Assembly (NCBI GenBank): GCA_018650465.1
Contig: JABIFY010000107.1
Coordinates: 48,209 to 112,208, forward strand
Source: Alphaproteobacteria bacterium
GTDB taxonomy: Bacteria; Pseudomonadota; Alphaproteobacteria; UBA2966
DNA: 64,000 nucleotides
Reading direction: 5' to 3'
Position numbers and translations under genes: made by a program
Shown: positions 28,361-38,959 of the stretch, one piece after another
How the letters are laid out: every line of letters starts with the position of its first letter
Numbering within the stretch: the stretch's first letter is position 1
Notes under the pieces: model-generated
What the model was told of the DNA's origin: nothing
The model's input: only the letters and a program-made list of their open reading frames with translations
The model's database searches: none

Positions 28361-31300
28361 ATGCGCGTTCGGCGTCTATTCACAAAAACTGGCGAATCCC
28401 CTTACGAGGGTATTCCTTTCCGCGAAGCCACCAGTGAAATCCGGAACCCGGACGGATCGGTCGTCTTTAATCTTGAGAACTTCAAGGTTCCGGCAGGCTG
28501 GTCGCAGGTTGCTTGTGACGTTATTGCCCAGAAATATTTCCGTAAAGCGGGTATTCCGGGTGCCATCAAGACCGTCGAAGAAAATGATGTGCCGTCCTGG
28601 CTGTGGCGTAAAGCCCCTGATGACGCAGCCCTGGACAAGATGTCCGAAGCTGAACGCGACAGTTGCGAAACCGATGCCCGCCAGGTTTTTGACCGTTTGG
28701 CTGGCACCTGGACCTATTGGGGCTGGAAAGGTGGATATTTCGATGCTGAAGAAGATGCGCGAACATTTTTTGACGAAATGTGCTACATGCTGGCCAGCCA
28801 GATGGGGGCACCAAACTCACCCCAGTGGTTCAACACAGGTCTGCACTGGGCATATGGCATTGATGGTCCCGCCCAGGGCCATAGTTATGTGGATTTCCGG
28901 ACCGGTGAACTGGCAACTTCGCAGTCCGCATACGAGCATCCACAACCCCACGCCTGCTTCATTCAGGGCGTTGACGATGACCTCGTAAACGAAGGCGGCA
29001 TCATGGACCTGTGGGTTCGTGAAGCGCGTTTGTTTAAATTTGGCTCGGGCACCGGCACCAACTTCTCCACCCTGCGCGGCTCCGGTGAAAACCTCTCTGG
29101 TGGCGGCAAATCATCTGGCCTGATGAGCTTCCTGAAAGTGGGCGACCGGGCTGCTGGTGCTATCAAGTCGGGCGGCACCACACGCCGGGCAGCCAAGATG
29201 GTGATCGTTGACGTTGATCACCCGGATATCGAAGAATTCATCAGCTGGAAAACGATTGAAGAACAAAAGGTCGCGGCCCTGGTAACGGGCTCACGCACGA
29301 ATGAAAAATATCTCGCGGCTGTGATGAATGCCTGCCACGCCCTGGAAGGTGATGGCCGTTTTAATGCTTCGGATAATCCCGAACTGAAAAAGACCATGCG
29401 CGAAGCCCACAAGGCGATGGTTCCAGCCAATTACATTCAGCGGGTGATCCAGTTTGCAAAACAGGGTTATACCGAGTTGGAGTTCGAGACCTATGACACG
29501 GACTGGGATGGCGAAGGCTATCGCTCGGTTTCAGGTCAAAACGCCAACAATTCGGTGCGGGTGACGGACGATTTCCTCAATGCTGTGCAGCGGGATGAAG
29601 ACTGGAACCTGTTGGGCCGCAAAAACGGCGCTGTCCACAAGACCCTGAAAGCCAGGGACCTGTGGGACCAGGTCGGTGAATCAGCCTGGGCCTCTGCAGA
29701 TCCGGGCATCCAGTACCATACGACCATCAATGACTGGCACACGTGCCCTGAGGGCGGCGAAATCCGTGGCTCGAACCCCTGCTCCGAATATATGTTCCTC
29801 GACGACACGGCCTGCAATCTGGCCTCTTTGAACCTGATGACCTTCCAGCGCGAAGATCGCAGCTTCGATACAGATTCATTTTCCCACGCTGTGCGGCTGT
29901 GGACCATGGTGCTGGAAATCTCGGTTACCATGGCGCAATTCCCGTCCAAACAAATCGCCCAGTTGTCCTACAACTACCGCACCCTGGGGCTGGGTTTTGC
30001 CAACCTTGGTGGCATGCTGATGGCGTCCGGACTGTCTTATGACAGTGAAGAAGGTCGTAGCCTGTGTGCCGCGATCTCTGCCCTGATGACGGGTACGGCC
30101 TATGCGACGTCGGCTGAAATGGCTGGCGAAATGGGGGCCTTCCCCGAATATGAAGCCAATGCCGAGCACATGAAACGTGTCATGCGCAACCACGCCCGCG
30201 CCGCCCACGCTCATGTCGGTGACTTCGAAGATCTGAACACCATCCCGCTCAAGCTGGATAGCGACGTCTGCCCTGATCAAGAACTGGCCAATGCGGCTGT
30301 TGTTGCCTGGGAAAAGGCCGTAACCCTGGGTGAAGCCCACGGTTATCGCAACGCGCAGGCCACCGTTGTGGCCCCGACCGGCACCATTGGACTGGTGATG
30401 GATTGTGATACCACAGGCATCGAGCCGGATTACGCCCTGGTCAAGTTCAAGAAACTGGCGGGTGGTGGCTATTTCCGCATCATCAACCGCTGTGTACCAG
30501 CTGCCCTGGAAAGCCTTGGCTACAATGAAGACGCATCGAAACTGATCATGGAATATGCGGTTGGTCATGGCACCCTGAAGGGCTCGCCCACGATCAACCA
30601 CGAAACCCTGGCGGCCAAGGGCTTTACGGCTGACAAACTGGCAACCCTGGAAGAAGCCCTGAAATCAGCTTTTGACGTAAAGTTTGCCTTTAACAAATAT
30701 ACCTTCGGGCAGGAATTCTGCACCGATGTGCTGGGCCTGGAAGCAGCCCTGCTTGATGATCTCGGCTTTGACATGCTGGCAGCCCTGGGCTTTAGCCAGA
30801 CCGATGTTGATGCCGCCAACACCTACTGCTGCGGCGCCATGACACTTGAAGGCGCACCGGGACTGAAAGACGAACATCTCAGTGTGTTTGACTGTGCCAG
30901 CCCCTGTGGACGCAAAGGCACCCGGTACCTCTCCTGGGAAAGCCACATCCGCATGATGGCAGCGTCGCAGCCGTTCATTTCCGGCGCAATTTCCAAGACC
31001 ATCAATATGCCAAACACGGCGACGGTCGAGGAATGCAAGGAAGCTTACGAAATGTCCTGGCGTTTGGCCCTGAAGGCCAATGCACTTTACCGCGATGGCT
31101 CCAAACTGTCCCAGCCTCTGTCTCATGTGGCTGACGTCAACCTGGACGATCTGGCTGATGACGTGCAGGACAATCCAGGGGACGCGCCCCAGGTTGTGGC
31201 TCAGCGTGTGGTTCAACAGATTTGGGAAAAATCCAAGCGTCGCCGCCTGCCCGGCCGTCGCAAGGGCTATACCCAAAAAGCTACTGTTGGTGGTCACAAG

Positions 31301-32035
31301 GTTTATTTGCGGACCGGTGAATATGACGATGGCGAGATCGGTGAAATCTTCATCGACATGCACAAGGAAGGCGCCGCTTTCCGCAGTTTGATGAATAACT
31401 TCGCCATCGCCATCTCCATTGGCCTGCAATATGGCGTGCCACTGGAAGAGTTCGTCGATGCCTTCACCTTCACCCGGTTTGAGCCTTCGGGCATGGTTTC
31501 CGGCAACGATGCCATCAAGATGTCCACATCACTACTGGATTATGTCTTCCGTGAATTGGCGATTTCCTATCTTGGCCGCAATGACCTGAGCCATGTGGAG
31601 CCCGACGATTTGCGCCACGACAGTTTGGGCTCAGATGATGCCATCATGGACAATGCTGAAATGATGACGGAACCGGTTCAGGCCGCTATGGATCTGGCCA
31701 GCAACGGCTACGTCCGCAGCAACCTGTATGTTCTGGCCGGTGGCGGTGGTGCAAGTATGGCGAGCACGGGTTCCGGTGCCAGTTCCAGTGCATCAATGGC
31801 TTCCTCAGGTGCCACACAACAGGCATCTACCGGTACAGGGGCAAGTTCGGCAGCGCCCGTCGCAGTCTCGACCGCTGTGCAGGACAAAGTCGACACCAAA
31901 CTGAACCAAATTCGCGAAGCACGCATCAAGGGCTACGAAGGCGATGCCTGCGGTGAATGCGGTAACTTTACCCTGGTCCGCAACGGGACATGCATGAAGT
32001 GCGAAACCTGTGGCGGAACAAGTGGTTGCTCATAG
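28361..32035 (+). CDS. nrdJ: Vitamin B12-dependent (class II) ribonucleotide reductase
   Basis: [36 protein letters not shown]-like domain and C-terminal CxxC...CxxC...GCS. Confidence 0.97.
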   Translation: MRVRRLFTKTGESPYEGIPFREATSEIRNPDGSVVFNLENFKVPAGWSQVACDVIAQKYFRKAGIPGAIKTVEENDVPSWLWRKAPDDAALDKMSEAERDSCETDARQVFDRLAGTWTYWGWKGGYFDAEEDARTFFDEMCYMLASQMGAPNSPQWFNTGLHWAYGIDGPAQGHSYVDFRTGELATSQSAYEHPQPHACFIQGVDDDLVNEGGIMDLWVREARLFKFGSGTGTNFSTLRGSGENLSGGGKSSGLMSFLKVGDRAAGAIKSGGTTRRAAKMVIVDVDHPDIEEFISWKTIEEQKVAALVTGSRTNEKYLAAVMNACHALEGDGRFNASDNPELKKTMREAHKAMVPANYIQRVIQFAKQGYTELEFETYDTDWDGEGYRSVSGQNANNSVRVTDDFLNAVQRDEDWNLLGRKNGAVHKTLKARDLWDQVGESAWASADPGIQYHTTINDWHTCPEGGEIRGSNPCSEYMFLDDTACNLASLNLMTFQREDRSFDTDSFSHAVRLWTMVLEISVTMAQFPSKQIAQLSYNYRTLGLGFANLGGMLMASGLSYDSEEGRSLCAAISALMTGTAYATSAEMAGEMGAFPEYEANAEHMKRVMRNHARAAHAHVGDFEDLNTIPLKLDSDVCPDQELANAAVVAWEKAVTLGEAHGYRNAQATVVAPTGTIGLVMDCDTTGIEPDYALVKFKKLAGGGYFRIINRCVPAALESLGYNEDASKLIMEYAVGHGTLKGSPTINHETLAAKGFTADKLATLEEALKSAFDVKFAFNKYTFGQEFCTDVLGLEAALLDDLGFDMLAALGFSQTDVDAANTYCCGAMTLEGAPGLKDEHLSVFDCASPCGRKGTRYLSWESHIRMMAASQPFISGAISKTINMPNTATVEECKEAYEMSWRLALKANALYRDGSKLSQPLSHVADVNLDDLADDVQDNPGDAPQVVAQRVVQQIWEKSKRRRLPGRRKGYTQKATVGGHKVYLRTGEYDDGEIGEIFIDMHKEGAAFRSLMNNFAIAISIGLQYGVPLEEFVDAFTFTRFEPSGMVSGNDAIKMSTSLLDYVFRELAISYLGRNDLSHVEPDDLRHDSLGSDDAIMDNAEMMTEPVQAAMDLASNGYVRSNLYVLAGGGGASMASTGSGASSSASMASSGATQQASTGTGASSAAPVAVSTAVQDKVDTKLNQIREARIKGYEGDACGECGNFTLVRNGTCMKCETCGGTSGCS

Positions 32036-32099
32036 TTGTTAATGCTTTTCATGAAGCTTGTGAAAGGCCAGGGAGTTTTGATTATTGGCTGTGCCGAGT

Positions 32100-32278
32100 A
32101 ATTGGGGCTCCAGGCGATTTCGGTAGTTCGAAATCGCTCACGGTTATAGGTACGAGCGTGGTTCGGGGTTTGGGGAGGTCGCAACAGCGATACTCCCGGC
32201 TCCGATTTTAGTCCTCCCTGTAACTGGGCGCATGGGTTTGGCTGTTTCAAACAGTTTTGACCATGCGCCTTTTTTTTT
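32100..32278 (+). ncRNA. Candidate structured sRNA or long 3' UTR downstream of nrdJ; 5' end approximate
   Basis: Hairpins GCGATTTCG-GTAGTT-CGAAATCGC and GGGAGGTCGC-AACA-GCGATACTCCC, then CCTCCC, then a terminator about 240 nt after the nrdJ stop. Confidence 0.4.
32227..32278 (+). terminator. Rho-independent terminator
   Basis: GGCGCATGG...CCATGCGCC followed by nine T. Confidence 0.85.
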
Positions 32279-32625
32279 ATGACAAAACCAAATTTCAAAC
32301 TATATCGATTCCACACCAGATTTTGCTTACATTAACACTAAATTTCCTATAGCTTATGCGTGATATTTACACCTGATCTCTTACTTCAGAGCGTAGAATC
32401 CAAAAACAAGAAAGCAACCAGGGCACGAGCAAACTGGATTGAGGGCGGCGCCTTCTTCTACGTTTTGCGATTGGGAACGCCTGTGTTGTTCTGGTACGAC
32501 GGCCTTTTGTAACGCTTATTCTTTGGTACAGCTTATTCTATCTATGGGGATCAGCGCACGTGTTCCATTCGGAATACATGCAAGCAGCTTGCTTACAAAA
32601 GTTGCGGGAATGTCAGGTTACAGTC

Positions 32626-33669
32626 ATGACAATGACACCAAAACAGTTTGTCGACACCCTGAAGCGTCATGAACGCTTCCTGAAGGGCCTGATGGGCGGC
32701 GTCCGCGCCAACCTGCAGGGCGTGAACCTTAGTGGACTGAAACTGCCCAGAATTAATCTTCAGCATGCCTTGCTTGGCGGTGCCAATTTCAGTGAATGCG
32801 TTTTGGCCGGTGCCAATTTCAGTTTTGCCGATCTTGCCGGTGCCAATTTTGACCGGGCCAAGTCGCCAGGTGCGGATTTCACCCGCGCTGAGTTGCGGCA
32901 AGCAAAAATGCGCCATGCTGATATGAATACGACCTCCTTCCGGGAGGCAACCATGAACGGGTCTGACCTGCATGGTGGTGAATTTGTGCGGACCGATTTT
33001 GAAGGCGCACATCTCAGCAAAGCCAATATCACCGCCGCCAATCTGCAAGGTGCCAACGTCAACAATGCGAGACTTGATGGCGCCAACCTGCGCGGTTCCC
33101 TGCTGGCCGATGTTGACCTCAGCCGCGCCGATCTGCGCGATGCCGTGATCAGTCGTGGGTCAGCCAGTCTACCCATGGAAATACAGGTTATCCTGCGCAA
33201 GCACGCCTTGTGGATTGATTCAAACGGCAAAGAAGGCGAACGTGCCGTCCTTGGCGGCGTTGAACTGGGTGATACCGACATGAGCAATATCTATCTGTCC
33301 GGTGCGGATCTCAGAAATTGTAACTGGCCCGATGCCAAATTGTCCGAAGGCACGTTTGTGTTGTCGGATTTCCGGGGTGCAAACCTTCAAAACGCCGATT
33401 TCACACGCTCGGATTTATCCGGTGCTGATCTGGGGAATGCCAACCTGGCCGGGGCCCGCTTCCATCGCGCCACCCTGGCCCCCTTGCGCCTGCGCCGCTC
33501 CAACGGCGACGCCACGGCCACATCGCGGGCCGTTAATCTGCGCGGTGCCGATTTGCGCAACGCCAGTTTCAACGGTGCCGTCATGACAGACGCCACCACA
33601 GATGACACCTTAACCGACGGCGTCGACCTGACCGGCGCCAACATCAAGGGCACCAGTTTACAGCCTTAG
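32626..33669 (+). CDS. Pentapeptide-repeat protein
   Basis: Long A(D/N)LxG/ADF repeats in two blocks, each preceded by L.+H.....G..G.RA.L. Confidence 0.92.
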   Translation: MTMTPKQFVDTLKRHERFLKGLMGGVRANLQGVNLSGLKLPRINLQHALLGGANFSECVLAGANFSFADLAGANFDRAKSPGADFTRAELRQAKMRHADMNTTSFREATMNGSDLHGGEFVRTDFEGAHLSKANITAANLQGANVNNARLDGANLRGSLLADVDLSRADLRDAVISRGSASLPMEIQVILRKHALWIDSNGKEGERAVLGGVELGDTDMSNIYLSGADLRNCNWPDAKLSEGTFVLSDFRGANLQNADFTRSDLSGADLGNANLAGARFHRATLAPLRLRRSNGDATATSRAVNLRGADLRNASFNGAVMTDATTDDTLTDGVDLTGANIKGTSLQP

Positions 33670-33710
33670 GCGCTTGATAAGGCCCAATATCTCAAGATAA
33701 CTACGCTTTA

Positions 33711-33801
33711 GAGACTCCGGGTCAAGCCCGGAGTGACTGAGTGTATTTGGTGAAGGCGTCAATTTCCATTCAACGTCACTCCGGGCTTGACCCGGAGTCT
33801 C
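33711..33801. repeat. REP-like perfect 27-bp inverted doublet
   Basis: GAGACTCCGGGTCAAGCCCGGAGTGAC (33711-33737) and its exact reverse complement (33775-33801), between convergent genes. Confidence 0.9.
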
Positions 33802-33834
33802 TGGTGAACAGGCCTGCTGCGAAGTTTGAGAGGT

Positions 33835-35649
33835 TTATTCTCCCGCCTCACCTTCCGGCTTGGCTTCTTCGACTTTTGGCTTGGGCAGGTTCACCCGTAA
33901 ATGCAGCTCACGCAGGTGTTTCATGCCGGCTTCGGCGGGGGCGCCCATGAGCAGGTCTTCGGCTTGTTGGTTCATGGGGAAGGCCACCACTTCGCGGATG
34001 TTGGGCTCGTCGGCCAGCAGCATGACGATACGGTCAAGGCCAGGGGCGATGCCGCCGTGGGGTGGTGCGCCCAGGTGCAGGGCACGGAACATACCGCCGA
34101 ACTTTTCTTCAACTTCTTCGCGACCGTAACCAGCAATATCAAAGGCCTTGAGCATAATTTCCGGGTCGTGGTTCCGGATGGCACCTGAACTCAGTTCGAT
34201 ACCATTGCAGACGATGTCGTACTGAAAGCCCAGGATGTCCAGCGGGTCTTTGTTTTCAAGTGCATCAAGGCCACCTTGTGGCATGGAAAACGGGTTGTGG
34301 CTGAATTCCAGTTTCTTTTCGACTTCGTCAAATTCATACATGGGATAGTCGACGATCCAGCAAAAGCGGAAAGCGTTTTCTTCGATCAATTCCAGCTGTT
34401 CACCCACACGGGTCCGGGCCAGACCGGCCAGATGGGCGGCACCTTCGGCCTTGTCACAGGCGAAAAATACGGCATCGCCGTCACCCATGCCGGTGATTTC
34501 CTTGATTTTGGCAATGCGTTCGTCATCCAGGTTCTTGGCGATGGGGCCTTTGCCGCCGCCATTCTCCAGAATGATGTAACCCAGACCAGCAGCCCCTTCG
34601 CTGCGGGCCCAGTCGTTTGTCTTGTCGAAGAAGCTGCGTGGTCGGGCACCAGCACCAGGGGCCGGAATGGCGCGCACAACAGAACCTTTTTTGATGGCCC
34701 CTGCAAAGATGCCAAAGCCCGAGCCATCAAAGGCTTCGGTGACGTCAGTGATTTCGAGCGGGTTGCGTAAATCAGGCTTGTCGTTGCCGTATTTCATCAT
34801 GGATTGTGCAAAAGGAATGCGCGGGAAGCCACCGGAAGTGACGGTGCGGCCTTCAGCGAATTCTTCGAACAGGCCATGGATCACAGGTTCTATTGCCTCG
34901 AAGACATCTTCCTGGGTGACAAAGGACATCTCCATGTCCAGCTGGTAAAACTCGCCGGGGCTGCGATCAGCGCGGGCGTCTTCGTCACGGAAACAGGGGG
35001 CGATCTGGAAATAACGATCAAAGCCCGCAATCATATAAAGTTGTTTGAACTGCTGTGGGGCCTGGGGCAAGGCATAGAACTTGCCTGGATGGGTCCGGCT
35101 AGGGACCAAAAAGTCCCGCGCCCCTTCGGGTGAAGAGGCGGTCAGAATAGGTGTTTGATATTCAGTGAAGCCCTGCCCGACCATGCGTTGACGAATGCTG
35201 GCAATGACGGCACTGCGCAGAACGATGTTGGCGTGAATACGCTCGCGTCGCAAATCCAGAAAGCGGTTCGCCAGGCGGATATCTTCCGGGTATTCCTGAT
35301 CGCCAAAAACCGGCAGTGGCAGATCATCAGCCTTGCCCTGAACGGTCAGTTCTTCGATACCTATTTCGACCCGGCCCGTGGGCAGGGCATCATTTACGGT
35401 CTCGGCGTTGCGGGCGATGACCGGACCGGTAACGGTAACTACCGACTCGGCGCGCAGGCTTTCTGCCAGTTCAAAATTAGGCTCGCCCAATGATGTCACA
35501 CACTGAGTGATGCCATAATGATCCCGGATATCGATGAACAATAGATTGCCGTGATCGCGCTTGCGGTGGACCCAGCCCGAAATACGGACGGTCTCGCCAA
35601 CGTGGGCTTCACGGAGTTCTTCGCAGGTATGGGATCTATAGGCGTGCAT
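33835..35649 (-). CDS. aspS: Aspartate--tRNA ligase (probably non-discriminating)
   Basis: [60 protein letters not shown]. Confidence 0.97.
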   Translation of the reverse strand: MHAYRSHTCEELREAHVGETVRISGWVHRKRDHGNLLFIDIRDHYGITQCVTSLGEPNFELAESLRAESVVTVTGPVIARNAETVNDALPTGRVEIGIEELTVQGKADDLPLPVFGDQEYPEDIRLANRFLDLRRERIHANIVLRSAVIASIRQRMVGQGFTEYQTPILTASSPEGARDFLVPSRTHPGKFYALPQAPQQFKQLYMIAGFDRYFQIAPCFRDEDARADRSPGEFYQLDMEMSFVTQEDVFEAIEPVIHGLFEEFAEGRTVTSGGFPRIPFAQSMMKYGNDKPDLRNPLEITDVTEAFDGSGFGIFAGAIKKGSVVRAIPAPGAGARPRSFFDKTNDWARSEGAAGLGYIILENGGGKGPIAKNLDDERIAKIKEITGMGDGDAVFFACDKAEGAAHLAGLARTRVGEQLELIEENAFRFCWIVDYPMYEFDEVEKKLEFSHNPFSMPQGGLDALENKDPLDILGFQYDIVCNGIELSSGAIRNHDPEIMLKAFDIAGYGREEVEEKFGGMFRALHLGAPPHGGIAPGLDRIVMLLADEPNIREVVAFPMNQQAEDLLMGAPAEAGMKHLRELHLRVNLPKPKVEEAKPEGEAGE

Positions 35650-35873
35650 GATAATTTTCCGGGTCAAAATACAGGTGTGCAGGTTTTTGTAGGATATGAT
35701 GCTCGCAATAACCGACAAAATACACAATTGGCCGCAAAAGGGCAGGAACTGGCGCTATTGTCAACCTGGAATAGGCCGAATTGCCCCTATTTGTTGGGGA
35801 AAACCAGGTATTTGCATGATCCAGCCAGTGCAGGTGGCGACGTCAGTCAAAAACTGGTGTATAGCATTTTGGC

Positions 35874-37022
35874 ATGACAGTAATTACCACAAACGACGAC
35901 CTCATCGCCGCCTGCAATCGCTTCGCAGAATTTGATTTCATCACCGTCGATACCGAGTTCATTCGAGAGAGCACGTTCTGGCCACAGCTGTGTCTGTTCC
36001 AGATCGGCAGTACTGATGAAGCCCTGGCCGTTGACCCGCTGGCCGATGGCATTGATTTGCAGCCCCTGTTCGATCTGATGGCCAACGAGAGCGTGCTGAA
36101 GGTCTTTCACGCCGGTCGCCAGGACATTGAAATTCTTTACAACCTGGCCGGTGCCGTACCGCATCCGATTTTTGACACCCAGCTGGCGGCCATGGTTTGT
36201 GGCTTTGGCGATTCTGTGGGCTACGAGACGCTGGTCAGCAAATTGCTGCGTCAAAACCTCGACAAAGCCTCGCGTTTTACCGACTGGGCTCGCCGCCCCT
36301 TAACCGATCGCCAGCTGTCATACGCCCTCGATGATGTGATCTATTTGCAGGATATTTATCTCAAGCTGCAGGAGCAGATGGAGAAATCCGGACGTGCCCA
36401 TTGGCTGGACGAGGAAATGGAAACCCTGGCCTCACCGGCGACCTATGATATGCCGCCGGAAAACGCCTGGAAACGCCTGAAGGTCCGCAATAACAACCCG
36501 AGATTCCTGGGTATTTTACAGGAAGTTGCGGCCTGGCGCGAAAATGAAGCCCGCACTCGCGACATGCCGCGTAATCGTATTTTGCGCGATGAAGCCTTGC
36601 TGGAAATCGCCGCCCATCCGCCGAAAAAACCGGATGATTTGAGCCGGATGCGCTCGATCAGCCAGGGGTTTTCCAGCAGCCGGGCCGGTAAACTTTTATT
36701 CGAAGCCGTCGCCCGTGGTCTTGCGTTGCCTGAAAATGTTTTACCCCAGGTCGATAAGCCCAAATCCCTGCCCCGCGGTATCGCGCCCCTGGTTGATTTG
36801 TTGAAAGTGCTTCTGAAAATGAAGTGCGAGGAACATGACGTGGCCCAGAAGCTGATTGGCAACGTAGCCGACCTGGAAAAGGTCGCAGCTTTTGACGATG
36901 CCGATGTGCCGATCATGCGGGGCTGGCGCAAAGAGGTGTTTGGCAACGATGCCATGCGGCTGAAAAACGGCGAAATCGCCATTGCGGCAAATGGAAACAA
37001 GATCAAGCTGGTCGAACTTTAA
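35874..37022 (+). CDS. rnd: Ribonuclease D
   Basis: VDTEFIRE.TFW, FHAGRQD, FDTQ.AA, TDW.RRPL...Q..YA..DV; HRDC domain; GWR. Confidence 0.96.
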   Translation: MTVITTNDDLIAACNRFAEFDFITVDTEFIRESTFWPQLCLFQIGSTDEALAVDPLADGIDLQPLFDLMANESVLKVFHAGRQDIEILYNLAGAVPHPIFDTQLAAMVCGFGDSVGYETLVSKLLRQNLDKASRFTDWARRPLTDRQLSYALDDVIYLQDIYLKLQEQMEKSGRAHWLDEEMETLASPATYDMPPENAWKRLKVRNNNPRFLGILQEVAAWRENEARTRDMPRNRILRDEALLEIAAHPPKKPDDLSRMRSISQGFSSSRAGKLLFEAVARGLALPENVLPQVDKPKSLPRGIAPLVDLLKVLLKMKCEEHDVAQKLIGNVADLEKVAAFDDADVPIMRGWRKEVFGNDAMRLKNGEIAIAANGNKIKLVEL

Positions 37023-37048
37023 GCCCCCCGGCGAAATGGAGATCAGAG

Positions 37049-37951
37049 ATGTCCAACAGGATAACTGATAACGTCATCTCGGGTCCCCAGGTCGACACCT
37101 ATCGGGAAAAAGGCTTTGTCGTCGTCGAAGATATATTTTCAGCCGACGACATCGAACAAATGCGGGCCGCCCTGGATGAATTGACGGCATGCGCAAAAGG
37201 GCTGACGGACCACACCAACTTAATTGACCTTGAGCCCGGGCACACACCTGAAGTTCCCCGCGTCAGACGGATCAAGGATCCTTGCAACAACCATCCTGTC
37301 TTTCAGGAAATGGCGCGGCGTCCCCGCCTGATCAATGCGCTGACCGCTTTGTTGGGACCGGACCTGCGTCTGCATGGGTCCAAGATCAATCTGAAATCAG
37401 CGGATCACGGCTCTGCCGTTGAATGGCATCAGGACTGGGCCTTTTATCCCCACACCAATGACGATGTCCTGGCAGTTGGCGTCATGCTGGATGATATGAC
37501 ACCTGAGAACGGCCCGCTGCTGTGTCTTGCCGACAGTCATCGCGGTCCAACTTACGATCATCACCAGGACGGCCATTTTGTGGGAGCCATGGATCCGACT
37601 AATTGTGCCCTGGAATTCAGCCAGGCTGAAATGATTACCGGATCGGCGGGCTCGTGCAGCTTTCACCATGTTCGTGCTGTGCACGGATCGGCAAGCAATA
37701 CCTCTACCCGTGACCGCCGTTTGCTTTTGCTCCAGGTCGCCGCAGCGGACGCCTGGGACCTGCGCGGGATGGAGGCCTACGCCTCGTGGGAAAACCATGA
37801 AAAAATGATGCTTGCAGGCTCTGCGGGCAACCAACCCCGCATCGTCGAAACACCTGTGCGCCTGCCCTATCCAGGTCCTCTGAAAACCGGCTCGATCTAC
37901 GAAAGCCAGACACTGGCCCGCAATAAATATTTTGCCGACAAGACGGACTAA
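37049..37951 (+). CDS. Phytanoyl-CoA dioxygenase (PhyH)-family Fe(II)/2OG dioxygenase
   Basis: Y.EKGF, WHQDW (HxD), ENGPL...SH, VHGS..N.S...RR. Confidence 0.9.
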   Translation: MSNRITDNVISGPQVDTYREKGFVVVEDIFSADDIEQMRAALDELTACAKGLTDHTNLIDLEPGHTPEVPRVRRIKDPCNNHPVFQEMARRPRLINALTALLGPDLRLHGSKINLKSADHGSAVEWHQDWAFYPHTNDDVLAVGVMLDDMTPENGPLLCLADSHRGPTYDHHQDGHFVGAMDPTNCALEFSQAEMITGSAGSCSFHHVRAVHGSASNTSTRDRRLLLLQVAAADAWDLRGMEAYASWENHEKMMLAGSAGNQPRIVETPVRLPYPGPLKTGSIYESQTLARNKYFADKTD

Positions 37952-37981
37952 TCCACTGACTTCATTCGGCGCCCCGTACCT

Positions 37982-38959
37982 TCAACCTGTAATGTCAGGT
38001 GCCGGATAGGCCGCTTCCAGGGTTTGCTTCCAGGCGACGTCTGTGAAGATATCACCGGGTTTTGCGAACTTGATGCCTCTGTCTGTCAGATCAGTACAGA
38101 AAATGTCTGTCACCATTGCAGGCGTAAGATCGTGGCTTTTGTCATCGTAGTCGGCGGCTTCGGCTTCTGTTTTGAAACAATAGGCTTTCCACAAGACGGA
38201 CAGGCGAACATCCGGATAATCATAGGTGATCAGTGCGTTGTCATTTTCCTGAACCTGCCAATGTTCGTCATCCAACAAGGCAAGTCTGGCATTATAGGGG
38301 ATGGCATCTTCAACGACGAAGTCTTGTGACCGGCCAATTGATCCAACGCGGTGGTACATATATTCGTTGTCGGCGAGAACGGCGGTGTTGAAAAAGGGCG
38401 GGCGTTCCGTCCTGGACGGTTTGTCGAAACCATCCGGCCAATATTCAAACTCGCCCCCTGCCCCGTCATAAAACCACGAGATTGCAGAGGCCACCGGCAC
38501 GGCCCAGTCGTGAAACAATCCAGCATAACCCATGGGGGCCAACATCCAGGCTGGCACTTCCCGGTTCATGGTGCCGCGAAAAAAGGGCAGATCCAGATGG
38601 GGCGGTAACCCGGTCATGGGCAAATTCAGATTGGTCATCATAGCTACCGGCCGGATAACCTCAGCCTGGAAACTTTTCTTTGCAGCCTCAATAAAGTTTG
38701 GATTATGAAAAAAAGGTTCCGCGCCGTCAAACACGACTTTGCCGCCCAGGGCCCAGAAGTTTCGGAACCAGCCACCGGTATGTGTCACACCGGGATGCTT
38801 GTGCACGGCTTCTTCTGTTTTATAAGGCGCGCCCTTTTTGATTAAGGCAACCACTCCCGCCGGGTCGTCAAAGGCACGCTCCAGTTTGACAGGCGGTGAC
38901 AACAGCGCCGCCGAGCGCACACGTTTTGACACAGACACATCCAGACGATTACTTGCCAT
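37982..38959 (-). CDS. Hypothetical protein, possible Fe(II)/2OG oxygenase fold
   Basis: PPHLDLP (HxD), GGEFEYW, YMYHRV. Start overlaps the ppx stop by 11 nt. Confidence 0.65.
   Translation of the reverse strand: MASNRLDVSVSKRVRSAALLSPPVKLERAFDDPAGVVALIKKGAPYKTEEAVHKHPGVTHTGGWFRNFWALGGKVVFDGAEPFFHNPNFIEAAKKSFQAEVIRPVAMMTNLNLPMTGLPPHLDLPFFRGTMNREVPAWMLAPMGYAGLFHDWAVPVASAISWFYDGAGGEFEYWPDGFDKPSRTERPPFFNTAVLADNEYMYHRVGSIGRSQDFVVEDAIPYNARLALLDDEHWQVQENDNALITYDYPDVRLSVLWKAYCFKTEAEAADYDDKSHDLTPAMVTDIFCTDLTDRGIKFAKPGDIFTDVAWKQTLEAAYPAPDITG

Noticed and set aside
31738-31880. Ser/Gly/Ala-rich segment in NrdJ as an intein or insertion element
   Set aside because: No intein splice motifs; consistent with the variable linker before the C-terminal Cys domain.
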